This document shows positions 49,559-58,652 of a DNA stretch of 64,000 nt, in pieces. The notes under the pieces are model-generated. The model saw only the letters and a program-made list of their open reading frames with translations, was not told where the DNA came from and did not search any database. Source of the DNA: a virus (lineage: Duplodnaviria; Caudoviricetes); IMG/VR virus record IMGVR_UViG_3300029288_000151, positions 10,666-74,665 of that record; one strand, given 5' to 3'. Within the stretch, counting starts at the first letter, position 1, and each line of letters opens with the position of its first letter. Position numbers and translations under genes: made by a program.

Positions 49559-51443
49559 TGGTGCTCCTCTTCTCGAAATCTGCTATCCACTCTCTGACCT
49601 TACTAAGATCTTGCGCGCTGACTTCTTTTAAACAGTCTTTTATAATAATACCTGATTCTGAAGTTTTTTGCGCGCCCGATCCAGTGCCAGTGGAAATTGG
49701 CTGTGCTGTCGCTTCGCTTGTAGAAATAGTATCTCCAGATCCATCCTGACTTTCGTTCGGCGTTGCTGTGGCCGCGACCAATTTGAAAGAACCATCTGGT
49801 AATGCCGTAAAAGTATAACCAGTTTTTCCGCTTAACTGTTTTTCGAGTATATAGCGCAATTGCTCTTCGTCAAAATTTGTGTCAGTCCCACATTTTAGTC
49901 CGTTCTTGACGATCGCCGACAACAAAGCCTCAATCATGAATATCAATTGGATGATATTTGTCTTGAGCATCGTCTGCCCCATCTTATTGCTCATCCAACC
50001 GAAATCAGTTCCAAGGAGATCGTAGATCAGCTGTGTTGCCCAATCGAACCAATCTTGGACATATGCTATTGCAGCCTGAATAATATTCCGTACTTGAATA
50101 ATCGGGTCGATTATCGCACCCGCGTCCATGTAGTATTGATCGGCTGGTTTCGGGATCTTTTGATCCTCGGGCGGGTAATTGACGCTAGAAAAACTTGCAG
50201 CCCCAGTCTTCTCTGATGTCGGGATGTTGTTTGGACTCCATCTTGTCCCGTCTCCGGCAATGGGCCGTGGCCTTGGTGGAATCTGATTCTCAGCTTGCCA
50301 TCTGCGAGCCTTTATCTCGTCCCATACAGCCTGCCTTTCTTGCCGCTCCATGTAAGTATCGCCATAGCCATTCTCTATTTGGTCAAGGGCATAAGCTATC
50401 TCTTCGTCTGGAACATGCGGCGGTTCTGGGTTATAGCGCTCGTAATCAGGAGTATTGAATAGCTCTGCCCCGGCAAAACTTGCTTCAAACGGATTATAAG
50501 GATTGCCTTCGTATCCCGTGCCAGCGGCCACTGATCCCTCTGATCTGGCGTGAGAGAAAAGCCCGCTATCTCCAAGGGCGTTCGGCCCCGCAACACCTAC
50601 ATGATAATTAAGATTCATCTGACTCTCTGAGAATGGCAGCTTGAATTGCTGGGCGATATAGAGAGTCTGATTTATGTGATCAACGACACAGATGATTGGA
50701 GCAATGATCATCTGAATCCACTTATCAAGCCATTCTCCTAAAGCCTCAAGGAACGGGCTTAAGATTGGACCAATAAGTTCTATTATCAAGTCGAGATTAA
50801 GAGAAAAGTCTAAATTGAGCTTTGCTAAGTATTGACTCAAAGTTGCCAACAAGGCAAGGAGGTCCTGTGGGCAGAGATGAGACAACATCTCAAGAAGCTT
50901 ACAGATATTAATGTTATAGCCGGGGTTCTTTAAAAGATCCATCAGCTTATCGAGCAAATCAAAACGAAGCTTTATGTTTAGAAGATGGATCTCAAGCAGA
51001 TTGCCATTGGGTAAAAGCTGTGCGCCATCGAACAACCGACCAAGGCAAGGGATACATTCTACTATTGCAGAAGAAACATTACCAATAGATGGGTTGGTTA
51101 CCAGCTCACCCCAATCAATGTCCCGTTCTCTCCCTTTAAGCCCGGCCATAAAACCCTCAGGACTACTCATTGAGTTCTGCCAATAGTTTATCTTCTGTTG
51201 CCCTTCTTGGGCCGCAACAATAGCAGACGGATCTGTCGGCGCTAAAGTAGATTGGGAGTTCTGTAATCCTGGGTAATAGCTTAGTTGCTCTCGCGTTCTT
51301 TCTGCGAAATTTCTAGTTGAATAAGCGTCCCGATAATGGGAGGCATAAGCGTAATCCTCTTCTCTGTATTGAGCAGACTGGGTCTCAAAATGCCTTACAA
51401 TTAATTGGTGATCCCCAGGGAAAACGCTGAAATCATCACTCAT
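49548..51443 (-). CDS. Hypothetical, largely helical protein with scattered Cys (probably virion-associated)
   Basis: 631 aa in the terminase-portal interval; no family recognised. Confidence 0.75.
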   Translation of the reverse strand: MSDDFSVFPGDHQLIVRHFETQSAQYREEDYAYASHYRDAYSTRNFAERTREQLSYYPGLQNSQSTLAPTDPSAIVAAQEGQQKINYWQNSMSSPEGFMAGLKGRERDIDWGELVTNPSIGNVSSAIVECIPCLGRLFDGAQLLPNGNLLEIHLLNIKLRFDLLDKLMDLLKNPGYNINICKLLEMLSHLCPQDLLALLATLSQYLAKLNLDFSLNLDLIIELIGPILSPFLEALGEWLDKWIQMIIAPIICVVDHINQTLYIAQQFKLPFSESQMNLNYHVGVAGPNALGDSGLFSHARSEGSVAAGTGYEGNPYNPFEASFAGAELFNTPDYERYNPEPPHVPDEEIAYALDQIENGYGDTYMERQERQAVWDEIKARRWQAENQIPPRPRPIAGDGTRWSPNNIPTSEKTGAASFSSVNYPPEDQKIPKPADQYYMDAGAIIDPIIQVRNIIQAAIAYVQDWFDWATQLIYDLLGTDFGWMSNKMGQTMLKTNIIQLIFMIEALLSAIVKNGLKCGTDTNFDEEQLRYILEKQLSGKTGYTFTALPDGSFKLVAATATPNESQDGSGDTISTSEATAQPISTGTGSGAQKTSESGIIIKDCLKEVSAQDLSKVREWIADFEKRSTNGG

Positions 51444-51445
51444 AA

Positions 51446-51739
51446 TTAACCTGTCACCATATCCAGTACGCCACCGGCTTTGCTAGCCGCCTCGTACGCA
51501 GCTTTCTTGGCCTGTGTAATAGAATCACTCCCGCCTTGGACCACAACATGAGTCACTGGGCCGGATTGAGAAGTAGGGCCGCCTGTAGTATTCACAAGCA
51601 TGTTGCCGACCGCATGAACAAGTTTACAATCGGCTTTGCCCATGAAATCCTTCATAATTAGAGGAAATAATTTAGCATAAGCAAGCTTCGCTGCAACTTT
51701 ATCGAATGTCGCTGGATTCAAAGGATTCAAGGGGGCCAT
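51446..51739 (-). CDS. Hypothetical protein
   Basis: 97 aa; GGAGG RBS; tight packing. Confidence 0.7.
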   Translation of the reverse strand: MAPLNPLNPATFDKVAAKLAYAKLFPLIMKDFMGKADCKLVHAVGNMLVNTTGGPTSQSGPVTHVVVQGGSDSITQAKKAAYEAASKAGGVLDMVTG

Positions 51740-51741
51740 TA

Positions 51742-52158
51742 TTATTTACCTCCAAGAGTGGGGACTCCTGAATTATTCTCTGCCGCCATCTTCTTTATAA
51801 CTTCTCTGTACATATCAAAAGTAATCTCTGATATGTCGCGCTTGAACACCCTTCGGGCCGCCTCAAGAACACGGATATCTTTCTCTGGATCAATAGGCAC
51901 TGAAACGTTCTTACACTTAGTCTCAAGCTCTTTACAAAGAGCATCGCATTTCTTTATCACTTCGGCATATCCATCTAATACCTCTTGTGATTTCCTCAAA
52001 CGTTTTTCTAAATCCGTTTCCCCTTCAACAGCGTCCTTCTCAAGGTAAGGCAAGATAAGCTCACTTGGATTTGGCGGAGTCCATGTGGACTTCGAGGTCA
52101 TCTCCAATAAGCGCCTGTCTTTGTCTGAAAAGAACTTCTGTTTGAAGTTGTTGTCCAT
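51742..52158 (-). CDS. Hypothetical protein
   Basis: 138 aa; 1-nt stop/start overlap with the upstream gene. Confidence 0.7.
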   Translation of the reverse strand: MDNNFKQKFFSDKDRRLLEMTSKSTWTPPNPSELILPYLEKDAVEGETDLEKRLRKSQEVLDGYAEVIKKCDALCKELETKCKNVSVPIDPEKDIRVLEAARRVFKRDISEITFDMYREVIKKMAAENNSGVPTLGGK

Positions 52159-52604
52159 TAGACCGCATTCTCCGTAAATTCTACTTTTATCTTAATATTG
52201 GTCTTTGTCTGAGCGTCTGTATTCGGCGGACAAGTTATAAGATACCAAAAAGGATAATACGTTGTAGTATCAGAGGTGCCACTTTCCCCGATGTCGTCCA
52301 TCGAGATTTCGTTGCCCCAATCAAGAGAATCCCAGAAAGAACCAGTTGGTTCCGTGTCCCCCGGATAAAGCTTAACGCCCCATCCTGTTTCGTCATAAAT
52401 AGTATCATCGAGACCGCCAGTCTCTACGCTATCTACTGATTTTACAACAATAGTCGAATACCATAACAACACATCATCGTTTTTCAAAAACAGCTGCACA
52501 GAAGACGTATCTCCTGCCTTGCCTTCGTGTGTCGTCGATACAGGGGCCGTGCTCGTAACTTCAACGAACTCGTCGTCTTCTTTATAATAAAGCTTAATCG
52601 CCAT
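52158..52604 (-). CDS. Hypothetical beta-rich, probably structural protein
   Basis: 148 aa; AGGAG RBS; directly after the terminase. Confidence 0.7.
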   Translation of the reverse strand: MAIKLYYKEDDEFVEVTSTAPVSTTHEGKAGDTSSVQLFLKNDDVLLWYSTIVVKSVDSVETGGLDDTIYDETGWGVKLYPGDTEPTGSFWDSLDWGNEISMDDIGESGTSDTTTYYPFWYLITCPPNTDAQTKTNIKIKVEFTENAV

Positions 52605-52612
52605 TTGGTCTC

Positions 52613-54562
52613 CTAAATGTTACTCCGGATTCCCAGCCTGCCGCGCTTTTTCTTTCTAAGTCGTTGCTGCCTTTTCTCTTCTTCTATCCCTTCCATATCA
52701 TATTCCCAGCCAGGACGAGAAGAACCAACCATCTGATTTGGGCTGACCCTGGCTGGCAGATGAGCACCGAATAATTCCATCGCAGGACTTTCTAATTTGG
52801 TTTGTAGATTTGTCCTATTATCTCCCAAATCTCTAGATCTATTAGACTCTACGTTATTTGAGACTTTCTGTCTAGGGCTCAAAGATGACAAAGCAGCCAC
52901 AATTGGATCACTTTGTTTCATCCATCCAAATTCTATATAAAATCCTACAATCGCCAAATTTAAAGCATCAAGTTTATGATCTTTGACGCGCCCATCAAGC
53001 CCACCATAAACTGGCGTTCCAGTTGGAGAAATCCTTTCTATGATGTAGTTGCGAATCTGTTTTTCCAATTCTTTGTCCGCCGAAGAAATTCTCATCCTGT
53101 CTTGCTCAAAAGCTCTGATGGAGGCATTAACCATAAACGGTTTAGCTGGGACTTTCCTCTCTTCACGAGTAACAGGATCTTTAGACAGGATAGACGCTCC
53201 AGAATCGTATTTCCTGAGGATATCTAACAGTCTAGCAGTATCAGGATCTCCGCCTTTCCTACGTTCCTCGTAACTCATTTTCCTGAGCAGCTCATAATTT
53301 GAACTACCATTACCACTATCTGCATAAATAATAGACGGTCTCCATTTCTTATTAAGATCAACAAGGGCTTGAACGCCGTTCAACTGTGTAAACTCAGAAC
53401 TACCCACAGAGACAGCCTCTACTACCTGAAAATAATTTCCGGATATATTCTGGCCCAAGACTACAAGCTCGGCTCCGTGTTTTTCGTTCCAGTCCGCGCC
53501 AATGGAGTACCGCCACCCATAAGTTGGAGATTGATCTTTATACAGATAAGACCGCAAAGACCTCTCTACATATGCTGGCCGATAAACACCTTCTTCTGAG
53601 AACCCCCATTGTGCCTCTAATTCTTGAAGCCACTGAGACTCTGTATAATTAATCTTATCTTTTTCTACCTCGCGCCAGTGAGGTAATACTCTATAACTAT
53701 AGAAAAATTCCCTGTATCTAGGGTCGTCTTCACAGATCTTATAATAGATGCTCTTAAACCCCGTCGGCGTACCGAAGCCAGTAAAAGTGACTCGACCTGT
53801 CGTTTGCAGAATTGGGAACAGGCCACCAACAACAGCTTGTTCGTCTATATAAGCAAGCTCTTCTGCAAATATATGGTCGGCCGAACTACCACGCACAGAC
53901 ATGCCTTCTGTTTTGCCGCGCGTGCCAAGAGCAAACCCCTTAATGCTTGACCCGTTCTTTAAAACAATCTCATAGATAGGAGAAGAGATGTCTTTCTCCA
54001 CGGAAGTAGCCAATAGTGGGTTTCGATACAAGAAGCTGCGAATTCTCTTGAAAATTTCTTCAGCATGGATCTTCTGTGGAGCGGCGACAACGATTCTCTG
54101 ATTGTCTTTAGTGGTAGCAAGGAATGTAATGGATACCGATACTAATTCCGTTTTTCCGCTTCTACGGGCGATTCTTAAAGCTTTTCGGGCACTTGAACAA
54201 CGCATTACTTCTTCTTGATAATGGCGCGGAATCCAAGGATCCCCATTTGGATGTGTTAACCATTTCTGCGCCCAGAGAACTGGATCCATCAATTCGTTTG
54301 CCTGCTTCCATTCTTCGGCAGAAAATAAAGGTTTAAGTTTCAGGTCAATTGGGTCCTTGGGTACGCCAGCACAATCTACAATGAATCTATTCTTCAGTGA
54401 TTTGCCAAATTCATCAGTAGCGTTTTGAAACTTTTTAATTTGGCGCCGAACACAAGCAACACATTGAGGTCGGACTTCCTCGATCTTAAACGGAAGAGAG
54501 ATCTTCGCTAAGTCAGATAAATCTGAGGTGTCGTATAATTCTTTGTCGTCTTCTTGAGCCAT
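52613..54562 (-). CDS. terL: Terminase large subunit
   Basis: Q motif PRHYQ, Walker A ARRSGKT, Walker B HIFAEE, coupling motif FGTP, nuclease acidic residues IGADW, YADS, DHKLDA. Confidence 0.93.
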   Translation of the reverse strand: MAQEDDKELYDTSDLSDLAKISLPFKIEEVRPQCVACVRRQIKKFQNATDEFGKSLKNRFIVDCAGVPKDPIDLKLKPLFSAEEWKQANELMDPVLWAQKWLTHPNGDPWIPRHYQEEVMRCSSARKALRIARRSGKTELVSVSITFLATTKDNQRIVVAAPQKIHAEEIFKRIRSFLYRNPLLATSVEKDISSPIYEIVLKNGSSIKGFALGTRGKTEGMSVRGSSADHIFAEELAYIDEQAVVGGLFPILQTTGRVTFTGFGTPTGFKSIYYKICEDDPRYREFFYSYRVLPHWREVEKDKINYTESQWLQELEAQWGFSEEGVYRPAYVERSLRSYLYKDQSPTYGWRYSIGADWNEKHGAELVVLGQNISGNYFQVVEAVSVGSSEFTQLNGVQALVDLNKKWRPSIIYADSGNGSSNYELLRKMSYEERRKGGDPDTARLLDILRKYDSGASILSKDPVTREERKVPAKPFMVNASIRAFEQDRMRISSADKELEKQIRNYIIERISPTGTPVYGGLDGRVKDHKLDALNLAIVGFYIEFGWMKQSDPIVAALSSLSPRQKVSNNVESNRSRDLGDNRTNLQTKLESPAMELFGAHLPARVSPNQMVGSSRPGWEYDMEGIEEEKRQQRLRKKKRGRLGIRSNI

Positions 54563-54567
54563 AAGAA

Positions 54568-55305
54568 CTACCTGTGGAGCATCATGCCTTCTTGGCCGAG
54601 CCCGGATCGGGCACTCATCATTCCTTGATTCATCAATTGTAGAGACATCTGTCTCATCGTAGAAGCCTTAGCACCCGTAAAAGCTGTGTTATCGCCAACC
54701 CAATTGAACTTTCTAGATCTCCTAGAGGTTTCAACAACTTTGTCCAGCTGGCCTACTGTACCACGAACAAGAACGTCTCCAAGGGCATAGCCGCCGAAAG
54801 AACCGACTAGCCAACCAACGCCTGCCCCAAGCGCAGTCCCAATTCCAGGCAAGATAGCAGATCCTATTCCAGCGCCTACAGACCTACCTACGTTGCTCCC
54901 AACGCGCCATCCCACGTTACCAGCCATAGCGCCAGCAGCAGCTGTTGCTTTTTCTTTTGGGCCGCCTGACTCAGCAAAAGCAGCGTAAGCCACAAAAGCA
55001 GATCCTAATGCTGCGCCACCAATCCCACCGCCCTTGCCTCCTAATTTACCTTTAGCAGCCAACCCACGCTCTTTTCCTATAAATTCTCCAACTCTTGGGT
55101 TTTTTGCGGCCATCCGTTCAAGCCGTTCAAAGTATTCACTCGATCCTCTATGAGTAGAACCCCATGGTCTTGTCCCCTGTGGAGAAAAAGCATAAGCTGC
55201 CAGCCCTCCTTGGGCGAAATTACCAGCAAAAGCCTGTTGCCCAAAAGAGTAAAGGCCACTCTCTAGCTTACCAACTTTTGATTTTGATTCTTGTAAAAAA
55301 GACAC
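54568..55305 (-). CDS. Glycine-zipper membrane-type protein (candidate ejection protein)
   Basis: Long GxxxG runs (GAGIGSAILPGIGTALGAGVGWLVG); GTG start. Confidence 0.65.
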   Translation of the reverse strand: MSFLQESKSKVGKLESGLYSFGQQAFAGNFAQGGLAAYAFSPQGTRPWGSTHRGSSEYFERLERMAAKNPRVGEFIGKERGLAAKGKLGGKGGGIGGAALGSAFVAYAAFAESGGPKEKATAAAGAMAGNVGWRVGSNVGRSVGAGIGSAILPGIGTALGAGVGWLVGSFGGYALGDVLVRGTVGQLDKVVETSRRSRKFNWVGDNTAFTGAKASTMRQMSLQLMNQGMMSARSGLGQEGMMLHR

Positions 55306-55306
55306 T

Positions 55307-55891
55307 CTATCTTCCGCCTATGCCGAATTTTCTTCTAAATCTATCTTTTAGCTCCGATCCAGACGCCTCCAGTCTAGATAGATTTTTAATCATCGCTGGC
55401 CTTGACCTCATAGATGCGTTCGCGGCTGCAGAAGACAAACCTAGATATCCGGCCAAAGCCACTCCTCTAGTAGAACGAGAAAGGCTGCTCATTCTTGAGT
55501 GGATTCCATTCCTTATCTCGCTCATAAAAGAAGATCTTGCTGCGCCCTGTTGAGCCGAACCTGGAAATCTTTTAGCAAGCTCTCTGCGCCCCCAACTCTT
55601 AGACATCGGCCTTATCCCGCTAGCCTGAAGGCCAGCAAATCTTTGTCTGGTCGCAGAACCAGCAGCACCAAAACGGGCCATACTAGCTCCTTTGCCTACC
55701 GCTCGCATGCCCGCGTATCCGCCTATGCCTCCGATGCCAGCGCCAATTGCTGCACCATAAAGTCGATTGCCAGGATCTGCGTTATAGGCTCCCAGCCCAG
55801 CGCCTACCACAAGGCCAGCCCCACCAGTTCTTAACGCATTCCTTCTGGCAAAACCAGAGATGCCTCTTAATACATTACCAGCACCCGGCAT
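55307..55891 (-). CDS. Glycine-zipper, Arg-rich protein (candidate ejection protein)
   Basis: GAGLVVGAGLG...GAAIGAGIGGIGG; AGGAGG RBS. Confidence 0.65.
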   Translation of the reverse strand: MPGAGNVLRGISGFARRNALRTGGAGLVVGAGLGAYNADPGNRLYGAAIGAGIGGIGGYAGMRAVGKGASMARFGAAGSATRQRFAGLQASGIRPMSKSWGRRELAKRFPGSAQQGAARSSFMSEIRNGIHSRMSSLSRSTRGVALAGYLGLSSAAANASMRSRPAMIKNLSRLEASGSELKDRFRRKFGIGGR

Positions 55892-55926
55892 CGTTCCTCC
55901 TATAAAAAGAACAATAATTCATAACT

Positions 55927-55935
55927 ATTATAGCA
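55927..55935 (-). promoter_or_regulatory. Extended -10 promoter (TGcTATAAT) upstream of the glycine-zipper/terminase genes
   Basis: Perfect TGnTATAAT in the 45-bp intergenic gap; no good -35 box. Confidence 0.6.
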
Positions 55936-55936
55936 C

Positions 55937-58639
55937 TTAGCGCTTTGTGGCATAAGACCTTTTCGCTGCGCTGACACTGTGCATCTTTGATCCTTTGCTG
56001 GCATTGATAAACGGCACAGCATTAACCCCTTGCGATATCTTCCTTAGCGATTCTCCTGGGTTATTCGCGTTCTTAACAACATTAGAAAGACTTACTCCTG
56101 AAGCTCTTGGTGCCGGAAGACTTGGGATAATATCACTAATCATTCCTCCTATCTCTTTCTCAAAACTAGAGAACTCGGGGAACATCAACTTCTTAATCCT
56201 CTCTTCTTCCAAAAGACGAGCTTTTTCTAGCGCAACAAGTTCTTCTCCCGCTTCGGCACCCCAAAGAGATTGTTCTGGCATCATGGCTTTGTGCCTAGCC
56301 ATGGCCTCTTCTAGTTTCTTCGCGTTCTCTCGTCTCGCTAGAATCACATTAGCGAAATGCTCTGCATTCTTATAAGGCATTCTGTCTGGAGTCAGAGGAA
56401 CAAGATCCTCCTCAGCTTTTGCTCCTCTTGCCCTCTTGATGATTCCAATCCCTGTCTCTTGTTGCGCCGAGAACAAAACAGTATCCGCTTTCTCTGCCGC
56501 CCGCCGAGCCGCCTTCTCTTTGGCCGCCGGGAGAACTCGGGCGACAAGTTCCTTCTCGCTCTTAATCGTCCATTTTTGCCAAGGTCCTTTCCCTGAAAGA
56601 TTAACAGCCTGATTGCCCCGACCCGGTCGGAAGAACTGGACGAGCCTATCCGCAAAGCCAGAGCCGAAATCAGAATTATTCTTAACCGCTAACGCGCCGA
56701 GAGTGTTCTCTGCAAGAGGATGAATCCCCTCTAAAGAAGATGGAGTATATTCTGCAAGCCCCGACATATCATCAGAGAGACCCTTGATCTGCCGCTGCAT
56801 TCTTTCTGCTGCTGTGAAAGGGTCTATCTTGTTCTGCGCCGACCCAAAGTCAATCCATGATGTTCTTCCTGATGTTGGGTCGTACATCACATTTCTGCGA
56901 CTTATGTCTTCGTTCAGGAATCCTTTCTTTGACAGGGCAAAAGCTTGCTCTTCTACATCTTTTAGAACAGACTTTGGAAGTTTTATCCCGGCCTCTTTGA
57001 ATTTTTCGAGTGTTTGGCCAGGCATGTACTCCATGAAGAGTTTGCCTTCGTGCATCCCATAAGTGGCTGGCATAATATCGCCATCTAAAGATCGCAACGC
57101 CCCGTATTCATTTTCTAATGTTTTTTGGCCAAAAGAGTAGAGCCGCTCTCCTTGTGGGAGAGCTTTGAGTTCTTCTAATGTCTCTTTCATGACATATTGG
57201 AACTTCTCTCCTCCGACCTCTGCTTCATGCAGGAAAGCCCTTCCGAACCCACCATGACCAATCTCTCTTATCCTGCGACCACTCTTCATCGCATCTATAA
57301 AAGACGTGCTCTCTAGCATAGAAGCGATTGAGCCATTTTTGCTTCCAAAGAATTTTTCGGCAAGCCTTTTTGCCGGATCCCAACGAGAAGCGAAATCCTT
57401 TTTAAACTCAGTTAGTTTATCACGGGTTTCTGCTGCAAAAGTTCCACTATTGGGCATGCCTGAGAACTTTTGACCCACAAAGGCATTCGGGCCAAACCTT
57501 CTCCTGAGCGCGCGGCCAAGACGTCTTGAAGTGGCAACCTCTTCTCCGGTAAGCTCTCTCTCTTCGTCGCCAAATCCTTGTAGATAAGTTCCATATGCGC
57601 CGAGCATAAGGTTTCTGGAAAGCCTTGTAAGCTCGGTAAAAGTATTAAAGGTTATTGGCTGCCCGGTCGCTTCTGAAGCCTCATGGATGGCCTTGTAGCG
57701 CGCCAGACTCCAAATGCCTTCGTCTCTGAAACGAGCCTGCTCTTCTGCTCCGGCTGCAGCCTCACGACTGATTATGTCTCCCGATTTCTTGCCGAAAGGC
57801 AAAGCTGCGACCATGCCTTCTCTTAACAGGCTAAGAGAAAGATTTTCTCCTTCGTCGCCGACTAAAACACCAAGACTTCTGCCGTATGTTTGGTCCGAGC
57901 CAATAAGAAGCCTGAGGTCTCCTTGCTCGTCTATTAACCGACTAAGCCTTTCCGCCGCTTCTTCCCCGCCCGGCTGGCTTTGCCAGATACGGACTTCTTC
58001 CATTGGGTCGGCGGCATGACCGGCTGTTTCGGGGGCATCAATACCTGATAGACGGACAGAGATAGACGGAGAAAGTAAATTGGTTAGTCCCCGGCGCTTA
58101 AGGAGAATAGTATCTGCGTCTTCTGCTGTTATCTTGAAATCAGAGAGGCGGACTTCTTTGAGCCCAGTGGTCTTGGCTAAGCCTTCAACTCCAGCCAAGT
58201 TTGGAGCGAAGAGATCAGTGCCCCTGAACTGGCCCAGCTGAGCTTGCGAAGCAGCTTGCTTTTTATTCAGCCGCGCCTCAAGGGCAGACCATTCATCAGA
58301 ATCATCAATTACATTTTCTCTGAATCTCAGGACTTCAGGATCTATAGGGACACCAAGGAGAGAGGTTGGCAATCCTCTGTAGCCAGAGCCAAAGTCAGAG
58401 CCAGCCCGAACTTCTGCCGCGCCCAAGCCGGTTGAGTCCGGATGGATGCCTTCTATGGTATTGTATTGGTCATCATAACCGCCAGAAACACGGTCCCATT
58501 CCTTCTTCTTCTCTTTCTTCTTGCTTGTTTCTTCGGACAGGAACTGGATAAACTCATCTAGGATAGTGCTCTCACCCGAAACGACCTCAGTTGTCGCCTC
58601 CGGCGCCTTAAGTATGGCGTCTAATAAGGTTTGACCCAA
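55937..58639 (-). CDS. Multidomain protein: thermonuclease (SNase-like) plus protein kinase, with repeated linker motifs
   Basis: SNase: DADT, VRLSGIDAPE, TYGR, ARFRDEGIW. Kinase: IGHGGFG, VMK, ENE, NEDISRRN, DFG. Confidence 0.85.
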   Translation of the reverse strand: MGQTLLDAILKAPEATTEVVSGESTILDEFIQFLSEETSKKKEKKKEWDRVSGGYDDQYNTIEGIHPDSTGLGAAEVRAGSDFGSGYRGLPTSLLGVPIDPEVLRFRENVIDDSDEWSALEARLNKKQAASQAQLGQFRGTDLFAPNLAGVEGLAKTTGLKEVRLSDFKITAEDADTILLKRRGLTNLLSPSISVRLSGIDAPETAGHAADPMEEVRIWQSQPGGEEAAERLSRLIDEQGDLRLLIGSDQTYGRSLGVLVGDEGENLSLSLLREGMVAALPFGKKSGDIISREAAAGAEEQARFRDEGIWSLARYKAIHEASEATGQPITFNTFTELTRLSRNLMLGAYGTYLQGFGDEERELTGEEVATSRRLGRALRRRFGPNAFVGQKFSGMPNSGTFAAETRDKLTEFKKDFASRWDPAKRLAEKFFGSKNGSIASMLESTSFIDAMKSGRRIREIGHGGFGRAFLHEAEVGGEKFQYVMKETLEELKALPQGERLYSFGQKTLENEYGALRSLDGDIMPATYGMHEGKLFMEYMPGQTLEKFKEAGIKLPKSVLKDVEEQAFALSKKGFLNEDISRRNVMYDPTSGRTSWIDFGSAQNKIDPFTAAERMQRQIKGLSDDMSGLAEYTPSSLEGIHPLAENTLGALAVKNNSDFGSGFADRLVQFFRPGRGNQAVNLSGKGPWQKWTIKSEKELVARVLPAAKEKAARRAAEKADTVLFSAQQETGIGIIKRARGAKAEEDLVPLTPDRMPYKNAEHFANVILARRENAKKLEEAMARHKAMMPEQSLWGAEAGEELVALEKARLLEEERIKKLMFPEFSSFEKEIGGMISDIIPSLPAPRASGVSLSNVVKNANNPGESLRKISQGVNAVPFINASKGSKMHSVSAAKRSYATKR

Positions 58640-58652
58640 TAACCATCATTCC

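Noticed and set aside
53850-53880. Terminase Walker B reads IFAEE rather than hhhhDE
   Set aside because: EE-type Walker B variants are known in terminases and the other motifs are intact.
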